A stretch of 64,000 bases of DNA from Rhizophagus irregularis (Eukaryota). The stretch covers positions 372,001-436,000 of the forward strand of contig NC_089433.1 of the NCBI RefSeq assembly GCF_026210795.1, in the 5' to 3' direction. Positions 26,901 to 39,796 of this stretch are shown here, piece by piece; position 1 is the stretch's first letter, and each line of letters opens with the position of its first letter. The position numbers and the translations under genes are program-made. The notes under the pieces are model-generated. The model had not been told where the DNA came from. It ran no database searches and was given only the letters and a program-made list of their open reading frames with translations.

Positions 26901-27799
26901 TGAAATAATTATTTCTTTATTTATATATTTAATAGGTTAAAAAATACTCTATAAATAAAAGGAGTAATATTCTTAATGTATATGGGATATCTCAAAATCC
27001 AGATTCAAAAGAGTATATTATGGTTCTCCAATATGCAAAGGAGGGCAATTTTAATCATTGGATAAATAAAAACTATAAATATTTTATTTGGAGGGATAAA
27101 CTATCTGCACTGCTTAATATTATTAATGGTCTTAAAGAAATTCATCAAAAAAGTATAGTTCATCGTGATTTTCATACAGGAAATATATTATTTTTAAGTA
27201 ATATATATAATTTTGGTAATTGTATATCAGTTTCAGATATGGGATTATGCGGAGAAGTTGGTAATATGGATGAAACTAAAATATATGGAGTTATGCCTTA
27301 TGTGGCTCCTGAAGTATTAAGAAAAAAGCTTTATACCCAGGAATCAGATATTTATAGTTTTGGTATGATAATGTATTTTGTAGCAACTGGAAGACAACCT
27401 TTTTATGACCGTGCACATGATCATCAACTTGCATTGGATATTTGTAAAGGAGTTAGACCTGAAATATGTGAACCAGAAGCACCAAGATGTTATATTGATT
27501 TAATGAATAAGTGTTGGGATTTAAATCCAAATAATAGACCAAATGTTCTTGAAGTAAATGAATTAATTGTGTCATTTCATAAGTCATATGGAAGGGATTT
27601 TTACATAATAGAAAATGAAGAAATTGAAATGCAATTCAAGAAAGCAGAAGAATATAGAAAAGCAAATCTTTCATTTATTAAAAATTACCAAATAGCTACT
27701 CATCCACAAGCTATTTACACATCTCGATTACTTAATTCATTTACAGGAGATCTTTCAGAATATGATGATAATTCTCAATGTTTAGATCAAGCAATCTAA
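20905..27799 (+). CDS. Giant TKL-like kinase preceded by 12 tandem degenerate kinase N-lobe modules; 14 exons (~20905-21264, 21337-21732, 21931-22314, 22387-22770, 22844-23218, 23290-23676, 23747-24124, 24203-24577, 24648-25021 [frameshifted], 25093-25476, 25553-25942, 26012-26386, 26463-26846, 26936-27799)
   Basis: Every exon but the last ends ...aatga(g/a)|gtat and every exon but the first starts after ..tag. Exons 2-13 have lengths divisible by 3 except exon 9 (374 nt). The last module has GNGGFAIVY and VALK, and the last exon has HRDFHTGN, DMG, VAPE, SDIYSFG. About 1810 aa if exon 9 is skipped. True start codon uncertain. Confidence 0.85.
21770..21872. mobile_element. ~100-bp MITE inserted in intron 2 of the repeat kinase
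   Basis: ggtgatgatcacc at both ends; this intron is ~200 bp versus ~70 bp for its sisters; a reverse-complement copy lies at ~63054-63144. Confidence 0.8.
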
Positions 27800-28579
27800 A
27801 TTCAAATTAAATCCAAATAAAGCATATTATAATAAAATTTTATTTAAAGGAATATAAATTATTCACTTGATATACTGTATGTATTTCCATACTAACTATT
27901 GCACAGGGTTATATTTTTTCTTTTTTTTATATATTTATTATTATTTATTATTTATTATTAGTTTGTTTTTAATTTATATATTACATAGAGATATTTTTAG
28001 TTATTTAATGATTAGATAAAATTAGAAGCTTAGAGGTGGAAAAGTGGCTGAATTAAAGGTGGCTTAATAATAGATAAATATGACCAATCACCACATTTTG
28101 CTGAGAGAAGATTGGCCAGGTGGCAAATCTGTTTGATAGTCAGATTTACACCAGATTTTTAATGATATAAAAAGGACCGATGGTGTAGAAGTAGTTTGAG
28201 CATTTGTGTAGGGTTTATTTTCAAAAGATAGATATACAGATATTACAGAGCACTGATAGAGGTAGTAATATCATATTTTGTTCAAGTGTTAATAAACCCG
28301 CCTGTTTGTTTCTGATTTATTACAACTCATTTATTTCTTTAAAGTGTTTATTATCTTTTATTGACCTTTTGTTACATATCAATTTATTACTTATACACAA
28401 TTTAAGTTTGATTAATTCATTAATATATACACATTTCACTTCGTTATTATTTATTTATCAATTGCTTATTGTTTAAATATACATTAACTGATTTGCTGAT
28501 ATCTAACATTATAATACCCTATCATTTATTAACTGATCTGATCCTTATATTTCTTTCTGTTACTACATCAAAAACTGGT

Positions 28580-28810
28580 GGTTAGGAATAACAATACATT
28601 GGAAACTTAACAGTACAGTTCTTGATTTTTTCATATAGAAGGCCCATATTCAGGAGAGAATATTGCATCTAAATTATTTGAAATTTTAAGAGAATTTAAT
28701 CTTTTATTAAAGGTAAACATTAGTAAATATTTTATTTAATAAATTTTGAATTCTAATTAATTTTTTTTATTAATATACAGATCTTAGGCATTAGTACTGA
28801 TATAAATAAA
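28580..28810 (+). mobile_element. Degenerate hAT transposase fragment
   Basis: With one frameshift and one intron it reads LGITIHW..TVLDF.HIEGPYSGENIASKLFEILREFNL..K|ILGISTD, matching the hAT catalytic-region pattern (PH[TS]GENIA...TDN). Confidence 0.65.
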
Positions 28811-31311
28811 ATGTTTAGTAAATTTGAATATATGTGTAATTATAAGAGGGTTAAATTTGAGTGTGAAATTGAGAAAACTGCATAGTTTAGGGTCTCTCTG
28901 AGACCATCCTATATTTCCTCATACTTTATTGTGATATTTTTTACAGAGCTAATTTATATCAACAATTATCTAGTACTGTAATTTAAATTGATTTGCAATT
29001 ATTGAAAAAGACAACATGACCAAATTCGATAAAGTGTTGTCTCCAATATCTGGATTGGCATGCCAAATTAAGTGGGTTGGTTACCAAGCATTTTGATGAA
29101 TAAGATTCAGTCAAACTTATATAAAAAATATAAAAAAGAAACTGGACATGAGCCATGGCAATTATCAAATGTTAATGCAAATTGATGATGGCAAAATCCC
29201 AGACCTTTGGATTCAAGCCTATTATTTATAACCAAACCTGATCCAAAATTAATTCTCAAATCTGTCTTAAAATGTTTCATATACTTAAAATTCTGATATA
29301 GTTTTAGGGGGACCATGGAGCTCATCATATCCTTATTTGTAATGGAAAACATGGAAATTATGGATTACATGGTAAATGGTATAAAAATGGAACAGAATAT
29401 TGTCTTAGCTGTAACTCTTCAAGCACTAAATTCAAGTTTGTGATCACAGTCATGTAAAATTGATGCATAGTTAATATTTTTGCCTGACCTATGTGATGCA
29501 AGATTTACATGTGCAATTTTTTCAAAACCAAAGTGTTATAATTTCTTCAAGTAAGCATATTAGAAATTTAGAATAGAAGGTTACTGCATGAAAAACTGAA
29601 TAAAGTCTGCAGTCATTAGTATAAAACATTATACAGTGTATCATAGGTATTATCCAAAATTAGATACTCCTTTAATTTGTACTAATCTAATTTTAACCAC
29701 AGTGCATCTATTATAATGTTCTATTAATAAATTGTGTATTGTCATACATTTTTTTCCTGAAAGTTCTAGTAAATAATTTATCTTACAGTTTTTCATGAAT
29801 TAATGATTTGTGAGTGTCTCTGATCATAGAAATTGAGGTAACAGATTGACTCAATTGCTACAGAAATTTTTATGTAATCACTAATTAATATTTCATTTTT
29901 AGTAAATTAATTGGATTTGTCATATTAATAAAAATTTCCCCAAAGATCTTAGATCTACTGCAAATTATATAAAAAGGTAAGGCCTAGTTAGTAAATCTTT
30001 TTATTTACCTTGTATAAGTAAAACAAAAAATTAAGTGAAATATTCAAACTAATCAAACTTATTAATATTTACATCATTAATATTCTTGAATAAACAAACT
30101 CCTATATTTTGCAAAACCATAATAAGGTACATTTAATTAATTGGCTTATTGCTTATTAGCTAGCTTTTTGAGATATGTTATTATGATGTTAATAAATTTT
30201 CTATCTCTATAGTTATTCCAAAATAAAATGAATATATTATTCTTCTTGCTATGTATTAGTAATTTGATCTTTGCTGAGAAAATCTTTGACAATCATCATA
30301 TGTACAACAGATGCAGTGAAACTATTTACATGAATATCATCACATGCCTTAATATCATACTTCTCAATAAAATTTGACATAGTGTGTCTAATAAATTTTC
30401 AATAATAAACATCTTTACATGCCAAATTCTTGGTATTTAGTGCAATATTGTACTGGCAATAATAAATTGAATTACCTTTATTGTAATGCATTGTCACCCA
30501 CATCTGCCAACCATGGATAAACAAGTATTTTATTTTTCAATTTTATCACATTTGGTTTAGATTTTTATTATTACTTCTATTTAACTTTCAAACTTTGATG
30601 GTTCTCCCATATTCTAGTATTCACAACATTCTTTACAAACTTGGAGAACTTCCCCATCTTTATTATTTCATTTTAATAAAGCAAACATACATAAGTTAGG
30701 GCAAACCATATTACTTTTCATTATTGACATAATACTTTATTAATATTGAGTCTGAAGACTGGGGATTTCCTATTGAATTCCACCTCTATTTATAACAATT
30801 TACAAAATGTACTCTTATATACCTTTCATTTCTATTTCTATAACTAATTATGACTCATCTCTTAGCATTTTTGAGTAACAATTATTTTCATTCACACAAT
30901 CATTTTATTGGTACAATGAGTTCCGTCATTGATACAATAACTTCATTGATACAATAATAAATTATTTATAACTAAACTACCAAATATAACTAATCTAAAT
31001 ATAAATATAAATAACTAAACTAAATAAATGTAATTATAAATAAATATTGTGTAATAAATATTACTCATATAAATTATTTCATCCTTCTTATTATTTTTTC
31101 TTTGATCAATCACTTGTCTTTCAGTTAATTATTTATCCTTCGGTTAAATGTTTACCCATATTCCATTCAATATATTATTCTTCTAATCACATGATTATTC
31201 TGGTATCTATGGTTACAGCATTAAGTAATAAATTTTAGGTGGAATGAAATGTTGCAAAAATTAATAGTAATGGTAAGTGTGAATCAGAAATATTTTTTAC
31301 TCATTTGCTAA

Positions 31312-31721
31312 TAGGAATGGCAACAGTCACAATTATTAATTGGTCATGACTGATATCAGTCAGTCAAAGGCTTCTGACAATCTGACTGACTGTTTAACTG
31401 ACCAATTTGACCAACTGTTTAACCAACCATTTAACTGACTATTTAACCAATTGTTAGCCAATTATTTAGCCTTTATTCATTTAATGAACTTAATGTTAAT
31501 CAATAAAAAAAGAATAATATTTTTTTTGATTAAATTACACTTTTTAACATTTTGTTTTGATTAAAATTCATTAAAAAGAAAAAAGTGATTGGTCAAACAG
31601 TCAGTCAAATGGTTGGTTAAATGGTCAGTAAAACAGTCAGCCAAAATGGTTGGTCAGTAAAAGGTCCTTAACCAATTATGACCAACCAATAACTGGTTAT
31701 AACTGACCATTACTATCCCTA
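31312..31721. mobile_element. Old, CpG-decayed hAT-type MITE
   Basis: Imperfect TIRs taggaatggcaa / ttactatcccta; 7/8 TSD (tttgctaa vs gttgctaa); mirrored subterminal tgacc/ggtca repeats. Confidence 0.7.
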
Positions 31722-32257
31722 GTTGCTAATCTCCTGAATTTATGCTATAGATTTCAAAATTACTTAATCTCAGAGAAGTTTCATTGTGGAAAATATTATT
31801 TTACATAATCTGTGACTCTGTGTATTTGGGATAGACAAAAATTCTGTAACTATAGGTGGAATAATTTATTTCAGAAATCTATTAGTATAGTAATAAAAGA
31901 GTGTAGGGTGAATTATGAAATTAGCAATCATAGAAGTAGAAACAAATTAGTTATAAATATTATAATAGATTTTAGCTGTAGTATATAAATAATGACTTCT
32001 GCTGAATATTGATTCCATATAATCAAGATATCTCATAATGATGTGTTACAATTACTTTTAATATATTTATGTAATATGATCAGAAAGTTTGATAAATAAT
32101 AAAGTTATAAGGGAAATTTTATTCTTCCATTTTATTCTTTCATCTCTAATATGAAAGTAAATGCTCACCACAAAAATTTATAATATAATTAATACCCTTG
32201 CTCTTACTACAAAGAAATGACCACTTTATGAACTTACTTCTATAAAATTTTATGAAA

Positions 32258-32800
32258 TATGGTGCCGGAACTCTATACTCAAAAATAAAATTGTGATAAT
32301 TATAAATCTTTCAACACTTTAATAAAATAGAATTTCAAAGAAATAAACTGGTAACTTTGTTCTACAAGACAAGTACTATTAAATTACCGGTCAAATTTTC
32401 AAAAAAATATCTACATAAAAAGTTATAAGCGTTTGAAATTTGGTTATTTTTATATGATTGGCCCAAATTTGAAACAAAAAGTCATATAAATGCATTTATT
32501 TTATGAGAATTTACATAAATAATATTGACATTTAATTATTTTAAGGCTTAAAATGGCTTAAAATGTCCTTAATTTACCTAAAGTCTAAATTCAACCCCAT
32601 TTTAGCTTGATTGTTCTTAAATAAATACTACTTTCTGCTTTATTCTTTAGCCGATTTCCTTTTTTTTCCTTTTTTGTACATGCTCGTATCTGTTTTTTCT
32701 ATTTTTTCTCTAAAATTGTGAGTTTTTATTGGCTATTGTGCTTCTCACGTGATAAATTAAAAATTTGAAACATTTCTGAGTATAAAGTTCTGGCACCATA
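32258..32800. mobile_element. Tc1/mariner-type MITE
   Basis: TIRs tatggtgccggaactctatactca / tgagtataaagttctggcaccata with TA at both ends. Confidence 0.7.
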
Positions 32801-35139
32801 GATAAAGCAATAGGAGTTCTTAATACTTGCCAATACATGAAGCAAACTTGACTTTATGAAGGAAACTTTCTTGAACCATAATATGTTATAAAAGACAACA
32901 TGACTAACCCTTTAAACATTTGCACTAACTTTGCCCCTTTTGTCTCCTAACCCAATTTAGATAAACATCAAAGTAAGCCTTTGCATTATAATGATTGGTT
33001 AACATGAACATGATGCACTAACCTTTTCAATTTTTAATTTATTTTGTTATAAAGAAAAACATCAGCATAATTTTCAAGAGTTTAACCATAGAGTTGCCCC
33101 TCCTGCTTATTACAAATTTTGGACACCCTTTTACAATTTATAAATTATTTGCAAATCAGATTATATTGACAAAGTTAGGCTGAGTTCAGAACCATTTTCA
33201 TGTTACATGGATGTTGAGAATCATGACAAAATCATATTAAAGAATAATGTAATGTTTAATTCAGAAGTGTATTAATATTAAATGGTGGTAGACCAGTGGA
33301 AATTATGTTAAACAAAGGGGAGGAATGTAAGCATGTAGTTTTGGGAAAAATTAAGATGGACAATTGTCCAAAATTCTACATTTATGCAAGCATTCAGATG
33401 GAATAGTTTGTGGAGTGACAGAGGAATGTATCTACATCAAAGAATCATATCTCAAGATGATCAAGTTGATTGAAGCAGTCTGCAAGAATGATGGCAGTGT
33501 CATTATTGTAATACCAGATACTGGTAAAATACGCTTATTCTTGTACTTCACTTCTTATATAAGGTGTCAGTATCAAGAAACAGATATTATTTTTGAATAA
33601 TTGTGTAAGAGCACTAATATAAGCTTGATTCTTCGTATCAAAGCAAACAAAAGCATAATGATCAATTTTCTGATCTAATATCTGAACACCCAGTAGATTG
33701 CTATTACATTGCAGATCTATAGCACTTACTGATGTTAAAACTAAATTCACACTTTTATTAACAATTACCAAAAAATGACCAGTGGTATGAATTTGAGAAA
33801 AAAAGCAGTGTTTTGAAATATTACTCATCTTTATGGACAGAAAATAAAATCATGAATGTATGGAAGTGGAGTCATGGTCATATACATGAAGAATGAGTTA
33901 AAGAATTGATTAATACATGGGGTGATGGGGTTGTATACCACAACAGGTTTTCTGCAAATACAATAAAAAACCAAAGACTAATGATGTAATAGCTAAATGT
34001 AATGTTCATGACTACATTGATAATGAAGGGGAAGATCTAGGAGAAAAATATTTGGGAAAAGCAATTCATATTCACCCCAAACCAAATTCTGCTTCAGAAA
34101 TTATGTCTAAGGCTTTGTATGAAAAATACAAAAAATCTACAAAAGAAAATGATGTTAATTTAATTGGTGCTGCTGCTTCATTGTCTGGACTCTGAAAATG
34201 ATTTCTCATAATATATTGTGAAAAGAAGGATCATTTAAAGAATGAAACTTAAGCACTGATGAATAATGCAAAACACTACAACTCCAAGTGATGAAACAAA
34301 ATGTATTCCACAAAATTAATAAAATAGTTCCAATGGAATATAATCTTTCCTACAAGAGCAACATCATAATGTTTATCAAAGCATTTACTAAATATTCATA
34401 AATAGCACAAGATGTATTGAAAAAATGCCTATAAATGTTAAATTAAAATATTAAAAAATGCTTAAAAAAATTAATATATTTAATATATTTATGAATCTTG
34501 AAGCTTTGATTTTCTTATGCCTAATTATAATTGATGTTACCATTTGTATCAAATGACTATCATAAAAAAAACACAATATTAAGGTAATACTGGTTTTGAT
34601 TAGCTTTGTATTAACTATTGTTAAAACATTTATATTTTGTAGGTGAATGGCATTCAATTTTGAAGTCTATTGGATGATAATTTATCAATCCATTTTTATT
34701 TTGTTGTACCAGATGCAGATGAATTATATAATGATTACTGTAAGCAAGATTATCACACAATGAAAGATACTATATATAAAGGATGGAATAATGAAATGAA
34801 ATGAATTCAAACAAAAGTGACCCAATATTTTCTTCTGATTGAGTTAGATTTTCTTGATCTGCTAATGAAAAAAGATGGTAATAAAAAAATACCAAGAATA
34901 AAAAAGATCTGCTAATTTTTAAATTAGAAGAGTTGGTATTTAAAAAATACCAATCTGTCTATTAACGACTTAATGTAAAAAAAAAATAAGCAAACTTGCA
35001 GTAATTTTAAAATACATGAGTTGGTATTTAAAAAATACCAATCTGTCTATATCAGCGCCATAAAAAAATAACATTATTATTAATAATAAGAATTGGGAAA
35101 AAAGGCAATTGCCATGATACCGCAGCATCAATCCAATCA

Positions 35140-35750
35140 CCGATCCAAATTTAAATGGTGAAAGAACGAATGTATTCGGGAAATTTGAGAAAAAAAGGCC
35201 AAACTGAAAAAGGAAAGGGGAAAATTTTTTTTTGGATTGGAATAAAAGCCAACCAGAAAAAAATTCAAAAAATTCAAAAAAATAAAATTAAAAAAAAATT
35301 GGAAAGAGAAAAATCGGGCTGAAAAAAGAAACTGAAAAGGAAAAAAAAAAACAAAAAAAATTTGGAGGATAAAGAAAGAAATCAGTTTAAAAAAGGGAAA
35401 TCTTTGAAAAAAAAGGACCGAAAAAAAAATAAGTACCGAAAAAGTGTGAAAAAAAAGGACTTCAAAAAGACTGAAAAAAAAATTCAAAAAAAAATTAAAT
35501 AATACAGTCTAAAAAAAAAGAAAAAATAATATAAAAAAAATTGGTCTTAAAAGACCGAAACAATAGGATTATTTTAATAAAAAAAAATAATAATAATTTT
35601 TCAGTTTTAGAAAAAAACCAAATCTAAACGGGAAAGAATGAAAAAAAAGGGAGGAAAAAAAGAAAAATTTTTAAAAAAGAAAAGAAAAGAAAAGAAAAAG
35701 GTGTTTCGAAAGAGAAAAAAGAAAATTTGAAAAAAAAGAAAGAATCGAAA
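35140..35750. repeat. A-rich dispersed repeat homologous to the internal part of the Helitron (~48580-49165)
   Basis: Shared colinear motifs, e.g. gtcttaaaagacc..aacaataggattattt, ggtgtttcgaaagagaaaa, ggataaagaaagaaat. Confidence 0.8.
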
Positions 35751-36820
35751 GATCACAAATCTACCTCATTTTCACAAAAGAACAAAAAAGTAAATTAAGA
35801 ACAAAATTTAATAATGAAACAAAAAGAAACATAGAAACAAAAAAACTAATACTAATCCATTTTCACAAGAGAGCTAGCAAACCTAAAAAACATCCAAAGA
35901 ATCATTGGACCTAAAAAAAAGGTACCAAACTTTTCGTAATTTTTAAAAAAAAATCAAAATATAATTTAAACCAACCTTCACTCTGAAAGGTACTGCTAAA
36001 ACCTAAAAAAGAGAAATGGGTTGTTCCCTACAAACAAAAAGTCATTTTTTTAAAGTTTCAAATTCATTTTTCAGAGTTTACCCACCCAAAAATCTCAAAA
36101 ATCAACTGTACAGAGAGAGGGTTGAATTTTGTGACACTTCATTGCGCAATGTTAGTTTTCTAATTAGCATACTGTTGTCAGTGGCATGGTAAGATATTAT
36201 AGTTTTCAGGCATAGCCTCTCCACCCAAAAAAAAGATAAGATATACAAATGAGATTATGCGAGTACTTAGTCGTTAGTGGGATCGTGTTTTACTCGCTAA
36301 GCATTCCGTACTTATTTATTTTCGTGACATGTCGAAACGATAAGACATCAATAAAAAGGCCCAATATAACCGAAACTTTATCATGCATGTAAAAAAAAAA
36401 ATTAGAAACTTTTCTTGTGATCACACATGTATAGTATTATAATACACATTGAAGTAAACATTTTTCTCCTAGTAAATAAAACAGGAACCCAGTATATCAT
36501 ATTAAATATTTATAAGGTAAATCAAGAATGATAAAGAATTCATGCTTGTTCATATTAATTGATTTCACTCGTAAATAATAAATCTCAATAATAAATAAAT
36601 AAATATTTTATTTAAGTATAAGTAAATTTATAAGCAATATTGTATAAATAATCTTAACTGGTATTTTTAAGTTAATCAACAAAATCATACGTGTTAATAA
36701 AATATGATTTTTTGTGAAATAGCTAAGTGGAACGTTCATCTGCTGTTTAATGAATTAATCATATTAAACTTACACATCAGCTTTTCAAGTTTTTGATTCG
36801 CTTCGCAGTATAGTGCGGTA

Positions 36821-38274
36821 TTAATTTATCTGTGGAACGTGTACAAACTTATCTGCTTTTGATAGTTTTCTTTTCCTATAAAAGTATATAAGAACTGAAG
36901 ACCCTACCAAGGCAAGCACGATTGATGAAATTATAATTCCTATAATAACATTTTTGTTTTGAGTACTAGGTTTCGGATTAGGATCAAACTCACTGACCCA
37001 CTTGTAATTAGATTTATCGCTCGTGTCTAAAATAAACGTTTCGTTTGATAATTGAGTATTATCTCTTCCAAAAAGCACGATCATATGATCACCAACCAAA
37101 GTAGCCGTATGGTAACAACGTGGAAGTGGTGGATCTGTGGCACTTATGACATTCGCTTTTGACCATGTATAAACAGTTTGTGATGTATCTAATATCACAA
37201 GATCATCATTAACGGCAGCAATATCAGCATCACAGCCTCCATACACGATAATACGACCATCTTGAGCTATATAATTTAGAGAACAATGTAATATATTACC
37301 CATTTTATAATTTAATTCACAAAAAAAAGATTAAATATATAATTACTCAGAACAGCAGAATGGCATGCACGACGTGCAGGCGAATAACCAGTGGTAGTCT
37401 GAAATATAATATATCTTATAAGAAAATGAACGATTAGCTTTTAAAAAAATTAAAAGAAACACCTTACCATTGAAGTCCATTTATTATCATATGTATTATA
37501 CAAAGGTAACTATTTTTTTTTAAAAAAAACAATGATCAGTAAATATACAATTTAGACTCTCAATTAATCAATTAAACGGTGCTGATTTACCTTTAACATA
37601 TCTGCTAGTGAATTTACGCCGTTATCATGTATGGTACCACCTATATAAACAATATTACCGTTTCTTAACAAAGTACCCGTATGATCGAACCTTTGTTCTG
37701 GAGCATTAACTATTTCCCACACTAGCGTCGATGCATCCAAAATATCCAAATTATAATTATATTTGTTTTCTGGTGAGGAAGGTAACATTCCACCAAATCT
37801 ATACATTTTTCTAGTTTTAACATCACAAACGGTCTGGGTCTGGCTGTGAAAATTAGATAGAGGTGGATTGGTGGTCGCAATGCTGTTCCATTGTTTTGAA
37901 CTTATCCCATAAATGTAGACGAAGTTTGCTATAAATGTATTGTTTTCTCCAATATACAAAATTAGAGAATCATCAAGTCCACAATTTGAGAACGCGCTCC
38001 ATGCATGATCTGGAAGACCTTGCGAACTAAGTTCCTTCCAAGGTAATGGTTCTCCTACTTTAATTACAATGGGTTGCTTAACGTCTAAATAATAAAATTC
38101 ATTGGAAAATGTTAATCCATCAAAATTATTCGGGTTTTTGGGTTGGAGACCACCTGTAATATATATTTTAGAATCTGTAAATACGGCGCTGGGACCCCAA
38201 ACTGTCTTAGGCGTGAAAGCCAAAGTGAACTCATTGAGGTACAGGCAAATAACGATCAAGCCGAGGAAAAGCAT
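36821..38274 (-). CDS. Type I membrane Kelch/galactose-oxidase-like beta-propeller protein (4 exons: 38274-37591, 37509-37468, 37398-37347, 37266-36821)
   Basis: Signal peptide MLFLGLIVICLYLNEFTLA; Kelch motifs KIYITGG, MYRFGG, RFDHTGTL..IVYIGG, RACHSAV..IIVYGG, RCYHTATL; C-terminal TM helix followed by RKRK. Confidence 0.9.
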
Positions 38275-39363
38275 TATCAATAATCATAAGGGAGGCGAAA
38301 AATACACCTGGCATTTTTTTAGTTCGTCTAAATACCGAAAATAAATGAATTCTAGTATAGAAAATGTCATGATCTATTACGTAATGTATCCTTTCTTCTA
38401 CAGCCTATTGCTAATTATGATAATATCCTTGCACTACAAATTCTAGTATTTCCATATATGGCATGATTGCCAAGCATTACGAAAATAATCTAAATAATAA
38501 AATAATAAAATAATAAAAATACTTTGATTAAAAAAAGTATAAACATATATAGGATAGAAAAGGATTTTCGGAATGGGAATTCCGGACATAGCCACAATTT
38601 ATATTCGGCTAGGAAAACGGAAACCGCTCAAGCCTTTCGCGTTGCATAACTCACAGTTACGTGTCATTTATTTATTTGACATATGACATATTTCAGGGGT
38701 CAAATAGGTAGTGTTACGTAAATCGTGATACATATTCAAAAAAAGAAAATAGAATTGTCGATTGTGACAGGGACAAAAACGGGGGGTTAAACCAAAATTT
38801 TGCTAGTTCTGTACAGTAAATAGTCCTTCGCTAACGCTTGATGATTAGGCGTTCAGTTGTGTTACGGATATCGGCAAAATTTTTCCGTTTTAACATAACT
38901 TATTCAATTTATCCTTTTTTAAACTTATCTTCAATTTTTGGTGATTTCATATACGATGAACATGTTTATAGAAATTTTCAAAACTGAATTGAGTTTTTTG
39001 AGTTTAAACTATCATACAAATAGTACGAAGTAACTTAGTGGCACCTATTAGTACAATTAAAGAATTATTTGGCGATGTACAAATCAAATCGCTCACTTTC
39101 GTGCTAACAATAACTTGTTCCATAATATCGTCGACACGTTTCTTCATTTATTCAGGAACCGACTAGAATATTTTTTTGGAAATTACCCTGAACTCTAACT
39201 ATGATTAACATTGCACTTTACATGTCATGTATCGTGTCGTATCCATCGAATACTTATTAATTTCTTCGCTTTGGAAAGCAACAAAAATAAATATATTCTG
39301 GTTATAAAAACAGCTCAACTAAGAGACCGTGACCCTAAGGTCACAGTTGGCTTATTTCATCAT

Positions 39364-39553
39364 AGGCCTGTTCATGTCTGGTCGGTTGAGGTTGAGGTTG
39401 GTTGAGGTTTAGTTTGATTAGCCAGATCCGCTTGCATTTGCCGACCTTTAGCCCAATACTTTTTTAGAGTTTTTAGGGCGAATTTTTTTCACCAATAGGA
39501 CTGTTATTTTGCATATGATCAAAATTTACAACCGACCGGACATGAACAGACCT
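39364..39553. mobile_element. ~190-bp MITE
   Basis: 25-bp TIRs aggcctgttcatgtctggtcggttg / caaccgaccggacatgaacagacct; CAT on both flanks. Confidence 0.75.
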
Positions 39554-39711
39554 CATGTGTATGAAAAAAGTTTACCCATATACTGTACAACAGTACCATA
39601 CTAAGGGAATACTCAATTTGTCTTACATTGGAAGATTTCTATTCGTAAATAACGTTCCACTGGGGCACAGAATATATGCTCGTCACATGTAATGAGGTAA
39701 TTGTTAACTAC

Positions 39712-39796
39712 CCCAACGGCACCCAGAAAATTCTTCGAACTCGGCCGGCGTTATGCACTGACACGTGATCGAAGAATTTTTCTGGGTGCTGTTGGG
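39712..39796. mobile_element. ~85-bp mini inverted-repeat element
   Basis: cccaacggcacccagaaaattcttcga pairs with tcgaagaatttttctgggtgctgttggg. Confidence 0.7.

Noticed and set aside
29000..30750. Possible cysteine-cluster transposase remnant (YDELHGPPKT motif, scattered CxxC) on the minus strand
   Set aside because: Too degraded to assign without a profile search.
33000..34800. Decayed coding-like sequence
   Set aside because: No recognisable family, strand or consistent exon structure.
35137..35487. Phe-rich ORFs here and at 48581-49166
   Set aside because: Translations of poly(T) low-complexity repeat sequence.
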